This document shows positions 22,970 through 36,675 of a DNA stretch of 64,000 nucleotides, piece by piece (within the stretch, counting starts at the first letter, position 1; the number at the start of each line of letters is the position of its first letter). The stretch spans positions 87,695 through 151,694 of the forward strand of contig JAQGDQ010000533.1 in NCBI GenBank assembly GCA_030141605.1, in the 5' to 3' direction. Made by a program: the position numbers and the translations under genes. The notes under the pieces were generated by a model that had not been told where the DNA came from, ran no database searches, and saw only the letters and a program-made list of their open reading frames with translations. Source of the stretch: Tubiluchus corallicola (Eukaryota; Animalia; Priapulida).

Positions 22970-23040
22970 GATTGGTAGCTCAGCTAGTAGAGCATGGGAG
23001 TACTAATTTCAGGCCTCAGGCTCAAATCCCGACTAGCTGA
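22970..23040 (+). mobile_element. tRNA-derived SINE head or tRNA pseudogene
   Basis: A-box TAGCTCAGCTAGTAGAGCA and B-box-like GGCTCAAATCC at tRNA spacing. Stems are imperfect. Confidence 0.55.
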
Positions 23041-23489
23041 CAATTTTTCAGCATCTCTTTTCTTTAACTGATGACCCGCAATTGGGTCATAATTGTTGTA
23101 AAGTGAATCGCAATGGTTTATGAACGGTCTGGGGTTCATAGTTTTCGTGACTTTTTTCTGGTGTGTTCGACTTGGCAAATTATGTAGTTTTTATAATTCT
23201 CATTCAAGGTAAACACTGATTTTGAACATCGTAATTAAGAGAGAATAAATGGCTCACTAATTATATTTCCGAAACATTTTTGGAGCATTTGGACAGGTCT
23301 ACCCTGAGTGTGAAATAACCCTTTGCTCCTATTGATCGATATAGTTCAACAGGTGAAACTATAATGATGCTGTTTGGTTTCATCAGCAGTCAGCAATGGC
23401 AGTTATATAGTGCTCATAAGTAATTCGCTCTTATTTGGTGTTTTATATGGATAATATCAAGAGTTATAGGGCTCTTAATCGGGCGGCTT

Positions 23490-23866
23490 AGCAGATCGAT
23501 AATTTTGGGAGAAACAGTGGCGTTTCTCTAAATGCCGATTGTATTATTGTGAAAACCTGTAGTGTTGTGTATTTTTTATAATCTTTGCATGTTTTAATGC
23601 TGGAGCTGAATGTCTAAGAACTGTTGTGTTGCGCAACTAATGCATAGAAGTAATGCTGCAGTACGGTAAATCAAACTCAAGGTGATTCGTGGAAAAATGC
23701 GTTTATTTTTATCTCTGTCAAAAAAGAAAGTCGGGGTCAGGGACACAAAAACGTGCATAATTTGTGGCTTCACCCATGCAACAAATGATCAAAAGATTAA
23801 AAGGGTGAGGCGCCAGGCCCAAAATTTTTTTGCCCCAGGGCACCACAAGAACTTGCTACGCCACTG
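23490..23866 (-). mobile_element. hAT-like element, partial second copy
   Basis: Terminus CAGTGGCGTAGCAAG on the - strand. Reverse complement of 15005-15380. Confidence 0.65.
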
Positions 23867-26800
23867 AAACATAACCGTTTACTAGATGGAGGGTGGATTA
23901 ATAACAAGTAATGTCACAGAACTATTTATTGCATCAAAGCATTGCTCAATCAATTAAGAATCTACAATGCTCAAAATATTTAGTGTGGAACCGTTCACTC
24001 TTGTAATCTTAATTCCATCCAATCCTGCTGAACACATTGGAGTTATCCAGAAGGGCAGAGTGCACGTTAAAATGATCCAGGAGCATACCGTCTGCAAGAG
24101 ACAAGAGTCCGAACCTTCGATGGTAATGTCACGTGGTAGCCACGTGCCAGGATAATTTACTTGAGCAACGGCCAAAGCTTTTAACTTTATTAATTGAGAA
24201 GGAGACCTGTTAGACGTGAAATTGAACTGTGCGATTAACTTCAGTGTTTATAATTCCGTAATATTTTACTGACATTTATGTGTCAATAAGATGTCAATTA
24301 AAAGATAAACATTTGCTGCAAGAGGAGATAATTGGAACAGGCAACCCAGATTTTGACATACCAACCAGTTACCCGCACATGCTTGAAATGCTCATTTATA
24401 ACATCTAGTTTACTAGGATGGTTTTATAGAATTACATTAGCCAAGAGAAAACTTTTGTTCTAAATACGCCATTTTAGAAAAACCCCATTATTAATGACCA
24501 GCAACACGTCCTAGATACGATGCATTTAAAGGATGCGTATACCAAAGCAATCGGTAGTCAGCTATCCAAATTCTTACCCGATTCAGTATTGTTTTTCTTC
24601 GAAGTCTGTGCACGAATATAAATAATTCGGTATTGGTGCAGCACATTTACAACTGGCTGTTTGCTTAAAATCTAATAAACTGTTTATTGTTATGAACCCA
24701 TAGTGTGATAGCGCAACTGAGCAAATTAGACTGTAATATTACTGTATAAAAAACTTCCGCTACATTCAAAAAAATCTTATAAAATTATTATGAAATTTAA
24801 TTCGGAATGATTTATCCGTATTATTAAATCAACCAGGGAGTTTTGAAGAATTTTAACATAAAATCTCAGCATAACAGATCAAATTCTTTAAACTTTCTTT
24901 GTAAGTGTTACATCATTTTTTCTGAAAACCTCTGTAGGACAGCTGACATAGTTATTTTTTAAACGCCCCGTATAAATTTATTTCACCCATCACTAGCAGT
25001 TATTATCCACCACAAGAGTTTACGTGATTTTGAAACACCGTGTACAACTATTAATGTTTTTCCGAAACACCCTGTATAATTGTTAACATTTCGTAAAGAC
25101 GTGGGTGGACAACTACCACCTCCCTCTCCCCCGTCTTGTCTGAACGGGAAAAAAGGGTAAACCATAATCTAAGCAAGTGAAACATGTAATATAATTTGAT
25201 AATAATTAATCGCAATAATCGTTATTATTCAAAAATATTTTTTTACTTTTAGTTATTCGTCAGTGTCGCCATCGTTAATGATGATGTCAAAATGAAGTGT
25301 AATCTTTTGAAGCTGCCCCCACCCTCCCGCTTACTAAATTTACTTCGAGGGATCTTGGGATCACCCCCTGTAACCGTTCATAGGTGATTTGAGACATTGT
25401 ATTTGTTCCTCCTACTGTTGTAAGTGACATTACCAGGTTGTATCTCCGACAACCTGCGTGTAAGTGAACATTACCATTTTTCTGAAGCACCCTGTATGAG
25501 TGTTAGCATCACTGTGGGACACCTTGTACAATTATAATAGTATCATTATTACTAGGCACTCCGGGTAAACGTTAACACTTCTGCGTTAACCTGGACATGT
25601 GCCAAAATTATTGAAAACATTCTGTCACCACCCGTGTGCCCTACCCCTTTCCGCACCTTGTTTTCTGCCTTATTTATTACATCCTATTTGCACACCACAT
25701 GTCGAAAAGCGGCTTCATATAAACAGTAATTGTTTACTCGTGGCTTCTTAAATGGCTCCATCTAAACTGTTTTTGTTTGCGCTTAGCAATTTAGACGTCG
25801 TCGCTTTTCAAATGCACTTTTTGAAGCAACCTCGTTTTTCACAGCGTAAATACTCTGCTTTTCAACGCGGGAACTAAATCACTTTTTGTTGATGTTGTGC
25901 TGGCTTCCCGGGCTAGTTTCCCGAGCTGGCCCAAACTTGTGCTAGTAAGGTGGTGGGCAGTGCTTTTAGCAATGTTTCCGTGAGGTTATTTGAAATTTAT
26001 ATCGTTAAATTTGTAAAGCAAATTTCATTGGTGCTATAATTATATAAGTTGATAGACCGCTCACGAAAGCTCTTGAATTATATACAATTTGAATACAGTC
26101 ACTACATGTTTCACATTACCCCCACTCCAGTCAACATTTAGACGCATGGTTCAAAACCGATCGAGAATCAAATGTGCTAACAGTTTTTCGCGCTTTTAAA
26201 GAGAAGTTCGACTTATTTGGCGAAATAATGCAAATGTTGCTGTTACATCAGAGCTGTTTTTCTACGGAACGCGTTTCAAAGTAGAGTTTCAGCTAGGTTA
26301 TAATACTGGGGAATTTACAGAGCACTCATTTTTCGGAATGAAACGATAAACTGTAAGAGAATCAACCTAGTATCAAAGTGTAAGTATTTAAGATATTATA
26401 TGCCCAAAACTGTTTGTGGTGTACTAAGGATTTGTCCATAGTTTGCCAGTTCAAGTTCCCTTATTATTAAATTACTTGTGTGTATAAGTACATAACTATG
26501 TGACCATGTCAATAAATAAATAAAAATAAATAAATAAACAGATAAATAAATAAACAAATAAATAAATAAACAAATTAATAAATAAATAAGTAAGCAATAA
26601 ATCAAAGAATCAGTCAAACAAACAAATAAATAAATGAATAAATAAATAAATAATGAAGCAACCATTCTTTACTGTTAACATTTTCCACCCTATTTATGTT
26701 GAGATTGCGTTCTGTTGTCTTACTTGGTATGCTGGTTAACATACATAATGAGGAGTACGTCATACAATGTGGAGAAGCACCCCTATCATTCATCAACACT

Positions 26801-27144
26801 TTCGATCGTTGACCTATCCCAGGAAACCATGGTATATCGCCGCTGCGTGTCGCTATGTATGCGCTAATATATTAACACGTAAAAGCACAAACACGTCAAC
26901 AAGTAGGAATCTTAGGAATGCGCTTCGGTTTACTATAGTGTCACGGGGTAAGAACATTCAGAATATCGCGTAAAGGTACGTTCACACTGCTTTTGCAGTA
27001 ATTCATAGGTCATTGAATTGTAAACGCGTTTTTTCCTCCCGGGCAACGCCTAAAGCCTGGCAAAACTAACTCAGTTAGGCAACACTAACTCCTAACAATA
27101 ACACTGTGATTAGTAACACTAGCCAGGTAGCTGTGGATTCTTAC

Positions 27145-27218
27145 CTGCCCAACCGTGTCAAGAATGTACAGAGAAACAGGCTTCCCGTCAACTTCTGATG
27201 TGAAACTGTGCAGAGATT
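27145..27218 (-). CDS. RERG-like GTPase exon 3 (QSLHSFTSEVDGKPVSLYILDTVGQ)
   Basis: ttgcag acceptor, CAG|gtaag donor. Contains the G3 DxxG motif. Confidence 0.92.
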
Positions 27219-27239
27219 CTGCAAGTGAAAGAAAAAACA

Positions 27240-27632
27240 GTGCAACAACAATGGTGACGGCAGCGGCAACAACAACAACAGCAACATGACAATGGCAGTG
27301 GTATTAACAGTAATAAACAATGACAACAACAACAGCAGCACCAGCAACACGATAATGACTGTGGTATTAACAGTAACAAACAATGACAACAACAAAAGCA
27401 GCAACACGACAATGGCAGCGGTATTGGCAGTAACAAACAATGAATACAACAACAACAACAAAAGCAGCATGACAACAGCAACAACACGACAATGGAAGCG
27501 GTATTGACAGTAACAAACAATGACAATTACAACAACAATAATAACAACAAGTACAACAATAACAACAACAGAAGCACAAAGTGTGACAGCAAAAAACGAC
27601 AACAAATGACGATGGCCACAACAACAGCAACC
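27240..27632. repeat. (AAC/AGC)-rich tract with ~66-bp higher-order repeats next to RERG-like exon 3
   Basis: ggtatt..cagtaa.aaacaatga recurs four times. Confidence 0.88.
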
Positions 27633-28888
27633 ATAAGTGGTGAATGTTAAGGGGCGTATTTGGTGAAGCCCAGGAGGCATATTTAAGCCAGCTCAGCTTC
27701 AACTTCAACTAGGTCAAAAAGCTTGCTCTGTTCTGTGATAGTTCAGGCAAGGATGGAGGCTGCTGTCAGCAGGACACAGTATTAACACTTTCCAGCATTC
27801 AGTGATTGTGGAAAACATCAACACAGCCTCTTCTCAAAGCAGCGGCAGCAGGTGAAACCCTGGTTCTGCTCTCATAGAAACAGTACAACTAACAGAATGT
27901 AATGAAGCCACGTTGTAGTTGAATGGTAAACATCATAGAGGGCGTTGTATGGGTCTAAGACAAAAGTGAGTTGATTTTTGCTAAGCAAAGCAGCGCTAGA
28001 GTTGATGAGCACTGAGTAATTAGGGGGGTAGTCGTATATGGAGGTTTTGGGGATGTTTTTTTATGAATGGTTTTTTGAATAAAATGGAGGGTTTTCCAAA
28101 TTCTTTTAGGAGTGGTAAAATTCTCGTAGTCTAATTTTTTGTGCGTACAAGGAAAAACAGTAACACTTCATTCATTCTCTCTTTTTGTCACTCACTCATC
28201 CATTCATTTATTCATTCACTCATTCATTCATTTATTCATTCACTCATTCATTCAGTCAATCATTCGTTTATTGAATGAATAAATAAATGGATGATTGATG
28301 GGTGACTGATTGACTGACTGACTTACTGACTGACTGACTTACTGTCTGTCTGTATGACTGATGATTGATTTATTGATTTATTTGTTTGTTCTTTCATTCA
28401 TTCATTCAGAGAGAACTTGAAGGTGTGTCACAGGTGAAGGTTTCATTTGGTAAAACAGCCTGGGATAAAGTGGGAATAAGTCTACCCTTTTTTGCTTATT
28501 GTGTACTTGGAAGGAACTGCAGAAAAGACATTACCTGAAGTCGGCAAGGCAAAAAAGAACACATTAAATTTAACGATAAAAATTAAATGGAATAGTCAAA
28601 AGGCTTTGTAATAAATAAAGCCTAATACATGTACAAGCAAATAAAATATTAGTAGAACACAGTCTAATATGTTATTTTTAAACAGCAAAGCCAATAACCC
28701 CAGTAATTTGCCTAGTACCAGCTAGTACTAATATAAATTAATCAATTAACTTCTATTGTAAGGCTTTGATTGGAACAATTTAGCTCTGGGGTGTTTTCCT
28801 GCGCTGAGAATAATTACTGCTGAACCACATTGACCTCACGCACGTTTATTCATTGCCCAAATTAGGAAGAAATTAATCAGACACTTAC

Positions 28889-28945
28889 GCAAGCCCGGAT
28901 CATAGTCATGTATGAATCGTTTGGTCAGGTATCGTACAATCAGAG
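28889..28945 (-). CDS. RERG-like GTPase exon 2 (ALIVRYLTKRFIHDYDPGL)
   Basis: tttcag acceptor, C|gtaagt donor, 57 nt, phase 1/1. Matches the RERG/RASL11/RASL12 'ALVVRFLTKRFI.EYDP' motif. Confidence 0.92.
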
Positions 28946-29652
28946 CTGAAATAGAAACAAAAAAAATTAATATTGAATAAAATTGAATAATAGATTTTAC
29001 TTAAAAAAATTTGATTAAAACTAAACAACTATTTAGTTTAATTTTCTTTAAAAAACATTTCTTCTGTAAAGAAATCGTCCAAAATAGAGTTCACAGAAAC
29101 AGAGCCATCTATAGGTCGTATGTTTAACAAAACTTTGTAGTCGATCCGATAAAGAACATCATTCACAGTGTTGCAAATGTTGAAAACAATGCGCCAAGAG
29201 AAGAAGTAGGTGTCTTTGTTGCCATGAAATTATATAAAAATTAAGGTTTTTAGTGAAACGAGATATATAATTGGTTAGAAGTTGTGAGGACACACAGGCT
29301 GCAAGTTGTCCTATGTCAGACAGTGAATAACACTGCCGGCGAAGCATTCGATCCTGCTAAGCAGAATTCGATTAAATGGTCGAGATTGTAATCCATAACT
29401 ATTGATTGTTAGCTGTGAGTTGTGTAAATGAGGAGGATGCAATCATGCATTGAATGTACAAATCAAGTTCAGTCATGTATCCGTGCGAAAGGTCAGGAAC
29501 GTTCACTTGTTTACATGAAACACTAGCTACTGGAAAGTGTTGACATTGAAGCTGCATGTCATCTTCCAACGTGGCTCACGCAAATGTCCGTCACGAGTTT
29601 GAAATGTGGCTTCATATGAAAGAGAGAGCTCTCCTGAGAGTTGCTATCTTAA

Positions 29653-29876
29653 TACGAATAAAACGTTGAATGTCCTTTATATTCTCCGAATAGATTATTT
29701 CTTTCTTTCGGGAGCTTTCGAACTAATGGGTCTCATCAGTTGAATAGACTTGTGCTGCTAACCTGCTAGTTCTACTCTCAGGTTAGCACTTGATGAGGCT
29801 TGTTAGGGCAAAAGCTCCTAGAATAAATAAATAACCTATTTTGAAAATATAAAAGGCATCGAGCGTTTTATTCGTA
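29653..29876. repeat. Long imperfect palindrome with degenerate hammerhead-like cores (possible Penelope/retrozyme remnant)
   Basis: About 89-bp inverted arms (29653-29742 / 29787-29876) and an inner 10-bp perfect stem. CTGATGAG…CGAAAGCTC on the - strand and TTGATGAG…CAAAAGCTC on the + strand. Confidence 0.6.
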
Positions 29877-30384
29877 GGTCACGAGTTGCTATATTGGTTT
29901 CAAAATGGAGTAAGACGAATTCTTTGCGTTGAATAGCCGGTTCGTTGCACTATTAATTTTCAATGTTGTAAGTATGACACTTTAAAAAAACTTGGAATTT
30001 GTTAATCCTATTGAAACTCAGTTTCTTCGATTTTGAGCGTAGAAATCTTTCAGTATTTCAAACCGAAGAACCGCACGAACGTTAAGTTTTAGATTTGTGT
30101 GGTCTGACATGTTTAACACGTGCACGCGTAGGTACTAAAAACCAGATAAAAACTCATTTAATCGTTTTATGAACTCTTTTACAGCTGGCTGTATACACGG
30201 GAAAAATAAAGAGAGCCTCAACGAGTGTTGTGATGCCAGGATAGAAACAGCAGCAACGTCATCAAGTCATCCACAGGAATTTTGAAAAAAAGCTTAATTA
30301 GTTAATTACTTAATTACGAGGAAATAATTTATATATATGATTTCCTGAAACAGGGGCGTTGCACGTCAAATTGTTCACGCCACA

Positions 30385-31100
30385 GGCCATAAACTAAGCA
30401 CTCAGTTCATGGCGGACCCATAAACTATGTATTCAATTGATGGCAGGCAAATAAACCATGTACTCAGTTGATTGCAGGCAAATAAACTACGTACTCAGTT
30501 AAAGCAGGCAAATGAACCATGTACTCAGTTGATAGCAGGCAAACAAACCACGCACTAAGTTGACGAACAGACAAGTAAACCATGTACTCATTTGATCACA
30601 GACAAGTAAACCACGTACTCAGTTGATGGCAGGCAAATAAACTATGTACTCAGTTGATGGCAGGCAAACAAACCACGCACTCAGTTGATTGCTGGCAAGT
30701 AAACTATGCACTTAGTTGATAGTGGACCCATAAACCAAGTACTCAGTTAATGGCAGGCCCATAAACCATGTACTCAGTTAATGGCAGACCCATGAACCAT
30801 GTACTCTGTTGATGGCACACCCATAAACCAAGTACTCAGTTAATGGCAGACCCATAAACCATGTACTCAGTTAATGGCAGACCCATAAACCAAGAACACG
30901 TTGGCGACAGGCTGTCAGACGTATTCAATTCATGGCAGGCAAATAAGCCACGTACTCAGTTGATGGCAGACTCCAAAACCTTGTACTCAATTGATAGCAT
31001 GCCAATAAATTATTAAATTAAAGTTGATGGCATATAAATGAACCAGTTACTCAGCTGACGACAGACTCATAAATGAAGTACTCAGCTGATGGCCGACACG
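30385..31100. repeat. Degenerate ~31-bp minisatellite, about 20+ copies
   Basis: Unit approximately ataaaccatgtactcagttgatggcaggc(a/c). Confidence 0.92.
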
Positions 31101-32454
31101 CAAACAGTTATTACCCATCAGTCAGGAGGTGATTCCAATAGGGGTAAATTATTGCTAAAATGGCAACCGGACGTAAAAGAGTTTCAAAATTAATAAGTTG
31201 CTTCTAGCACGAGGTTTATAGCAAAGTAAATTAGCCGCCCTCGCGAGCGACGCCTGAACAAATAATTGTTACAGAAATGACTGAAAATGACAGAAAGTTG
31301 ACAGCCTGACGTTGTGAAACTGATCACGTTTTTAATATAGCTAACCGAGCAAAACTTCTCAAAGTGTTACGTTATGATGAATCGGTTTGAGTGCTATCAC
31401 TGGCAAAGGCGAGAGTAGTTATGAATTTGGGTTAATACGCCAGTATCTAGGAGATTCGGAGAACCATCCCGTCATTACAGGAATGTTCGATGCGGGAACA
31501 CAGTATACAGTTATAGTAAAGTAAGTGAATTCCACCAGTTCGCATGATAGACACGATTACTTTCACGTAGATTCAGCTTTGCTTGAAACCAAAAAATGGA
31601 CAGAGTAATCTGTTTTAACGGCTACTTTGGACTTTGGAATTGCTACTATCGTACGCAGTTTTTATTAAAAAAGAACGAATTATAATAACAACAAAATTAC
31701 AATTGACGTTGTTATCTAGCTATGCTCCGAAGCTTTTGTTGCCTAACTTTCAAAATAATAAATGTAAATACAGTATCATTAATAAATAAACTAATTTTTT
31801 TCTCACTAATAATCACCTAGCAGCTCATGCTTTTACATTAACTCAGCCTGTTCAAGCCAGACTGCAACAATCCGTTCCACTATGCTGCGAAGCTATTGCT
31901 GCTTAACTTTCGAAAGAATTTTTGTAGCGCAGACATCAACCACCTTTGATTAACTAAGGAAGCCGTAGTTCAAACAATGTTGCAAATGATTATAGACACT
32001 CGGACGATCAAGTAAATAAACGCGGGAAGCTGCACAAGATCTAATAAACCTTCATCTATTCCGCTTATGGCTACTATATAATTACTGTGAAAACCTGCCT
32101 AACTAAGCTTCTTTGGCTGGATTAGTGTAAGTATTTGCCAGAATGCAAGAAACGAGCATAGAAAGGCGTCGACGCTATAAGCAATTATTTATCTCCTTAA
32201 ATTCTCCACCATTCGCTCAATATTCTCTCACTACGCTCTTATTCTTCTCACGTTGTTCTCCACTACTCCCTCACAATTCTATTACCATGCTCTCATGGTA
32301 ATAATAATAATAATAATAATAAGGATATTGACAATGATAATGATAATAATAATGATAATGACAATGACGACGATGATGATGATTATGATAATCATAATCA
32401 TAATGATGATGATAATAATAATAATAATATTAATAACAACAACAACAATTTTTA

Positions 32455-32595
32455 TTTAAAGTCAAATAAATCTTCACCATAAATACCACACACCAGACAG
32501 GGCACCATTTTTAAAGTTTTTTGGTATTTCCCAGCTGTAGTATCGAACTCATGGCCTTCCTAACGAAAAGCATATGCGTTACCACTAGACTATAC
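32455..32595 (-). mobile_element. tRNA-derived SINE fragment
   Basis: On the - strand: A-box TAGTCTAGTGG, B-box GAGTTCGATAC, then ATACCAAAAAACTTTAAAAATGGT, a block I recall from invertebrate tRNA-SINEs. Confidence 0.6.
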
Positions 32596-34594
32596 CGTCT
32601 GGTCAATCAGTGTTCTCCTTATTCTCGACTATTTCTTCACAGTTCTCTCACCGTGCTCTTACTATTCTGAGTAGTCACCATAATTTTTTCGCAATTCTAC
32701 CACTATATTATTATTATTCTCCATTATTATTTTACCATTTTTCACGGTGAAAGAATAATGGAAAATAATCTTCTCACTAATTAATCTCTCACAATGCTCT
32801 CTGTTTCTCACTTTTCTCACTATATTCTTACTATTATTCACATCTGCCTTCTTATTCTCTCATTATACTTTCGCTATTCTCGACTATTCTGTTATCATAC
32901 TCTTGCTATTCGCCTGTATTCTCTCACTGTTCTCTCACTATATTGTCATTGTACTCTTATTATTCTCCACTATTCTCTCACTATGCTATTATTCGTCCAC
33001 TATACTCACATTATTCGTCATATTCTCACATTGCTCCTGGTAAATACGTTCACAATCTAGTTTTTTCATTATTTTACTTTGTTTAGGGGACGCCACCTCT
33101 TTGCAGACCCACTGAGAGACCTGGAATGCAGGCGTAAAATTCTGAAAGCAAGAGCAGCGTTAATGACTGCATGAAGCCACCTAATTGCTAGTCTCAAACT
33201 CTCTGGGGCACTTGGCTTCTTTTCGAGGTTTTCAAATGGTAATAATCACGTGACATTAGGAGAAAAGTTGAAGCGCGAAAACTGTTTAGATCTTCTCAAA
33301 ATTAGCGGTAAACCTGGTAAAATTACTTTCGTAAAAATAGCCGTAAAAATTACAGGTCTATTGGTTCAACAGTCTATTCAGAATGAAAGTGATTGTCGAA
33401 GAACTTTATCCAAACGGTTTTAAGAATATAATTCCACGAAAAGGATCTCATTTATTCTCAGTACAATTTCTCTGCTTGTTCATAGGTCAAACCAGGCCCA
33501 CGATTCAGTCGTGGTGCCTCAGTGTCTCAGGTTATAAAATTATCCTTGTAATGACATAAGTTCCGGGACCACCACATTACCTTTTATCAGGACAAAAAAT
33601 TTTAAACAGGTAGTTTTGCCTTGAGCGTTGATTCAAGCTAGATGTATTAAAAACTGCTCTAAACGTGCGAATTAATAGGTGAACGAACAGATACACGAAT
33701 GAAGGAACGGCTGAATGCAAGAACGAACAAATGAACCAGTAAATAGATGAAGAAATTCATCTGCGAATCAGTCATTTTCCCTCGTCATTTCGTCTTTGCT
33801 GTTGCAGTTGCTGCTGGCTTGTCGATGACTCGTTAGTTATTACACTGATGTTGTGTTATCACCATTACATGATCATTGCTGCCACCATCACTAACATCGT
33901 TAATTGCAAGTTTGTCACCATCATCGACAACATGGTCATGAGCGTCATCATCATCACGGTCATCATCGTCTCATCGTCATCATTATCACGGTCATCATCG
34001 TCGGCGTCATCATCATCGTCGTCGTCATGATCGTCATCGTGATTGTCCTCATCGTCATGATCGTTAACATTATCATCATCATCTAATTTACTAAGCTGAA
34101 TTTTCAGCGATTGTTGAAAATGCACATTTAAGGCTTTATTTGTTCTAGGTAGCAGCGCATAATAATAATAATGACCATGATGAAGCCAAGTACGCGGGCT
34201 TCATTATAAAACGTCTGTTTGTTCAGGAAAAGTCAGCAAATTTCCGTGACTGTCATTCACAAAACGTAATTCTCATTGTACAACAGACAGACCCATCATC
34301 AGCTTCATTATCAACATGTCGGGAAGAGGCTGAGGATAAAACAGCGGTTGCTAAGCGGTGAAAGAGCACTAATGCACCTGTAAAATTTTACCTGCAAGCT
34401 TCATTAACGAGATTCAGGTGACATCAGGTGCGTCTGTGACTTTAGACGTCTCCTCCAGAACAAATTGACATTTCTAAGACGTTTTGAAGTTAAAAAAGAT
34501 CTGACAGACAGCTCACTGGCTTTCACTTCCAAAGAGTACTTTAAAAGAGTGTTTTGAAACTAATGTCATTTCAGATTAATTTAAGACAGAACAA

Positions 34595-35157
34595 TTAAAG
34601 GAAAACAGAACCCTATTTTAAACTATAGCTCAAGACAATCTGAACATTGCAAGGGAACATATCGTTTTTATTACAGCAGAAACTTGATTTCGCCTTGAGG
34701 CTAGTTGTTTTCTGTTACATGCATTTCGCCATTCGCTACTTAGATGGGTAATAAACAAAGAACGGGCGCCGTAGCCTTCAGTTCAGATGTAGTTCAGTTG
34801 TGATGTGGTGCACACGTTAGAGAGCTAATGCGTGAGCACTGCGATAAACATGAAATTTAAATTTAAAACTCAAAGCTTGCCGAGTTTTTGTATATCACGT
34901 AGAACTTTCTGCAGTAGCACTGTACAATTTTCGCTTTCACGTGTGAACACGTGCAACTCGTGGTATGTTTAATTTGTTTATGCTGTTGAAAATTATGTTC
35001 AGTTGTGACGTTGGCTCGGCTTCACGACAGTTAATTAAGTTTTAACCCATTATTTAATTACTAGAAACACTTTGGCATTATTACAGGTGTTAAAATGTAT
35101 ATTTTACGTATTTCAAAATGGGATAGGATACAAAAAAAAGATCCTGTTTTCCTTTAA
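34595..35157 (-). mobile_element. MITE family B copy
   Basis: TTAAAGGAAAACAG ... CTGTTTTCCTTTAA termini. Reverse-complement similarity to 8956-9498. Confidence 0.72.
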
Positions 35158-36129
35158 GCATCATGGATTGAACGATCTAAGAAAACTTTCTAAGCCAAGA
35201 AGAGAAATTCTGTTTGCAAATCATTTGCAAGGAAATTTAGTGCATTTCACGTATCCAAACACTCACAGTTTTTAAAGCAGAAGATGACGCTAATCATATA
35301 GTAACCAAAAAGTTTTTGAGTAGTGGTCTAAGACACTGGCGCTAGAGATTGCTTAGTTGGCCCTCTAAATAACTTATGGCTTTTTATATACTTGCTCGTC
35401 CGCCTGCAAGTTGAACCGCTGTCAACCCACAAGAGTTTTGACAGCTCTATTAAACCAGCAAATCTTCGTAGGAGGCGATTTGTCCTGGTGTGAATTTTAG
35501 TGACTAATAATACTAATCTCATTAAAACGCACCAATAACCGCCAAAAAATAATATTAACAGAATTCACTAATAGGATTATACTGACGTCTAATCGTTTAT
35601 TATTATAATTCGTAGGCTATAGATGGCAGCACTTGAATTTTAAGCACTTTCCAGCCGTAGGTTAGTAAAAAACGTAGCATGGCCTGTAAGTAAGAGGAAA
35701 GGAAAATTATAACCTTGAACTGCTCTAACATACGTGCCACTGACGCTGCCTGCCCGCCTTTCTCTCTTAATTACAACACGTTTGACAATGCAATTGGCTT
35801 CATTGAATTTCTACCTCACAAATTGCGAGAAATTGTCCAGACCCACGCGTGAATGAAGCTGTAAAAGTTAAACTAAATTTGTCTTTATTGAAAAGAGAGC
35901 GTGTGCTAAGCGTCACGACACCATCGTGACAGGAATGATGACGTAACGACTGGCTTTGAGTTTATCGACCTGAAATGGAGCTTAATGTCTAGCGGGGTTG
36001 TTACAGCGGGAAGAATGTTGATATTATTCGGGATGCCTTATAAATTGCATGAAGTTATGATGTTTTACTATGTATGCGTTACTGTCATTAGCTAATATGC
36101 GTGCGTTTAGGCAGGCGGAGCGAGAGGAA

Positions 36130-36675
36130 CAAAATAAGAGAGAGAGGAGTGAGAGAGATAGGAAGAAAGAATGTCTGTGTGAGAGAGAGAGGGGGGAAGA
36201 GTGAGAGAGATAGGAAGAAAGAGTGAGAGAGAGAGAGAAAAAAGCGAGGGGAAGGACGGAAGCGGATGAGAGAGAGGAGAGAGAAAGGGAAAGAAAAGAA
36301 AGTGGGAGATAAAGGAGAAAGAAAAGATAAAAAAGAAACAGAGAATGATAGAGAACAATGAGGAGAAAACAGGAAGAAAGGGAGGGAGCGGAGAGAAAAG
36401 AAAGAGGGAGAAAAGGAGAAAAAAAGAGAGGAGAAAAAAGAGACAAAAATGAGAGAGAAAAGTGGAGAGGAAACGGAGACAGAGAGGAGAAGGAGGGAGA
36501 GAGAAAGAGAGAGAGATAGAAAGAGAGAGAGAGGGGGAGGGAGGGAGAGAGAGAGAGAGAGTGAGCGAGAGGGAGAGCAAGAAGGAAAGTACACGAAAAC
36601 AAGAAACAGACATGGCAAGGCAAAAAAGGTGAAAGAAGGAGAAGATGGTGAACAACAAAAGAAACTGAAAGAGAA
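36130..36675. repeat. Polypurine (GA-rich) tract
   Basis: Direct reading. Confidence 0.93.

Noticed and set aside
22970-23040. Functional tRNA gene
   Set aside because: The A/B boxes are mutated (CTAGT, GGCTCAA) and the anticodon and acceptor stems do not pair well. Treated as a SINE or pseudogene.
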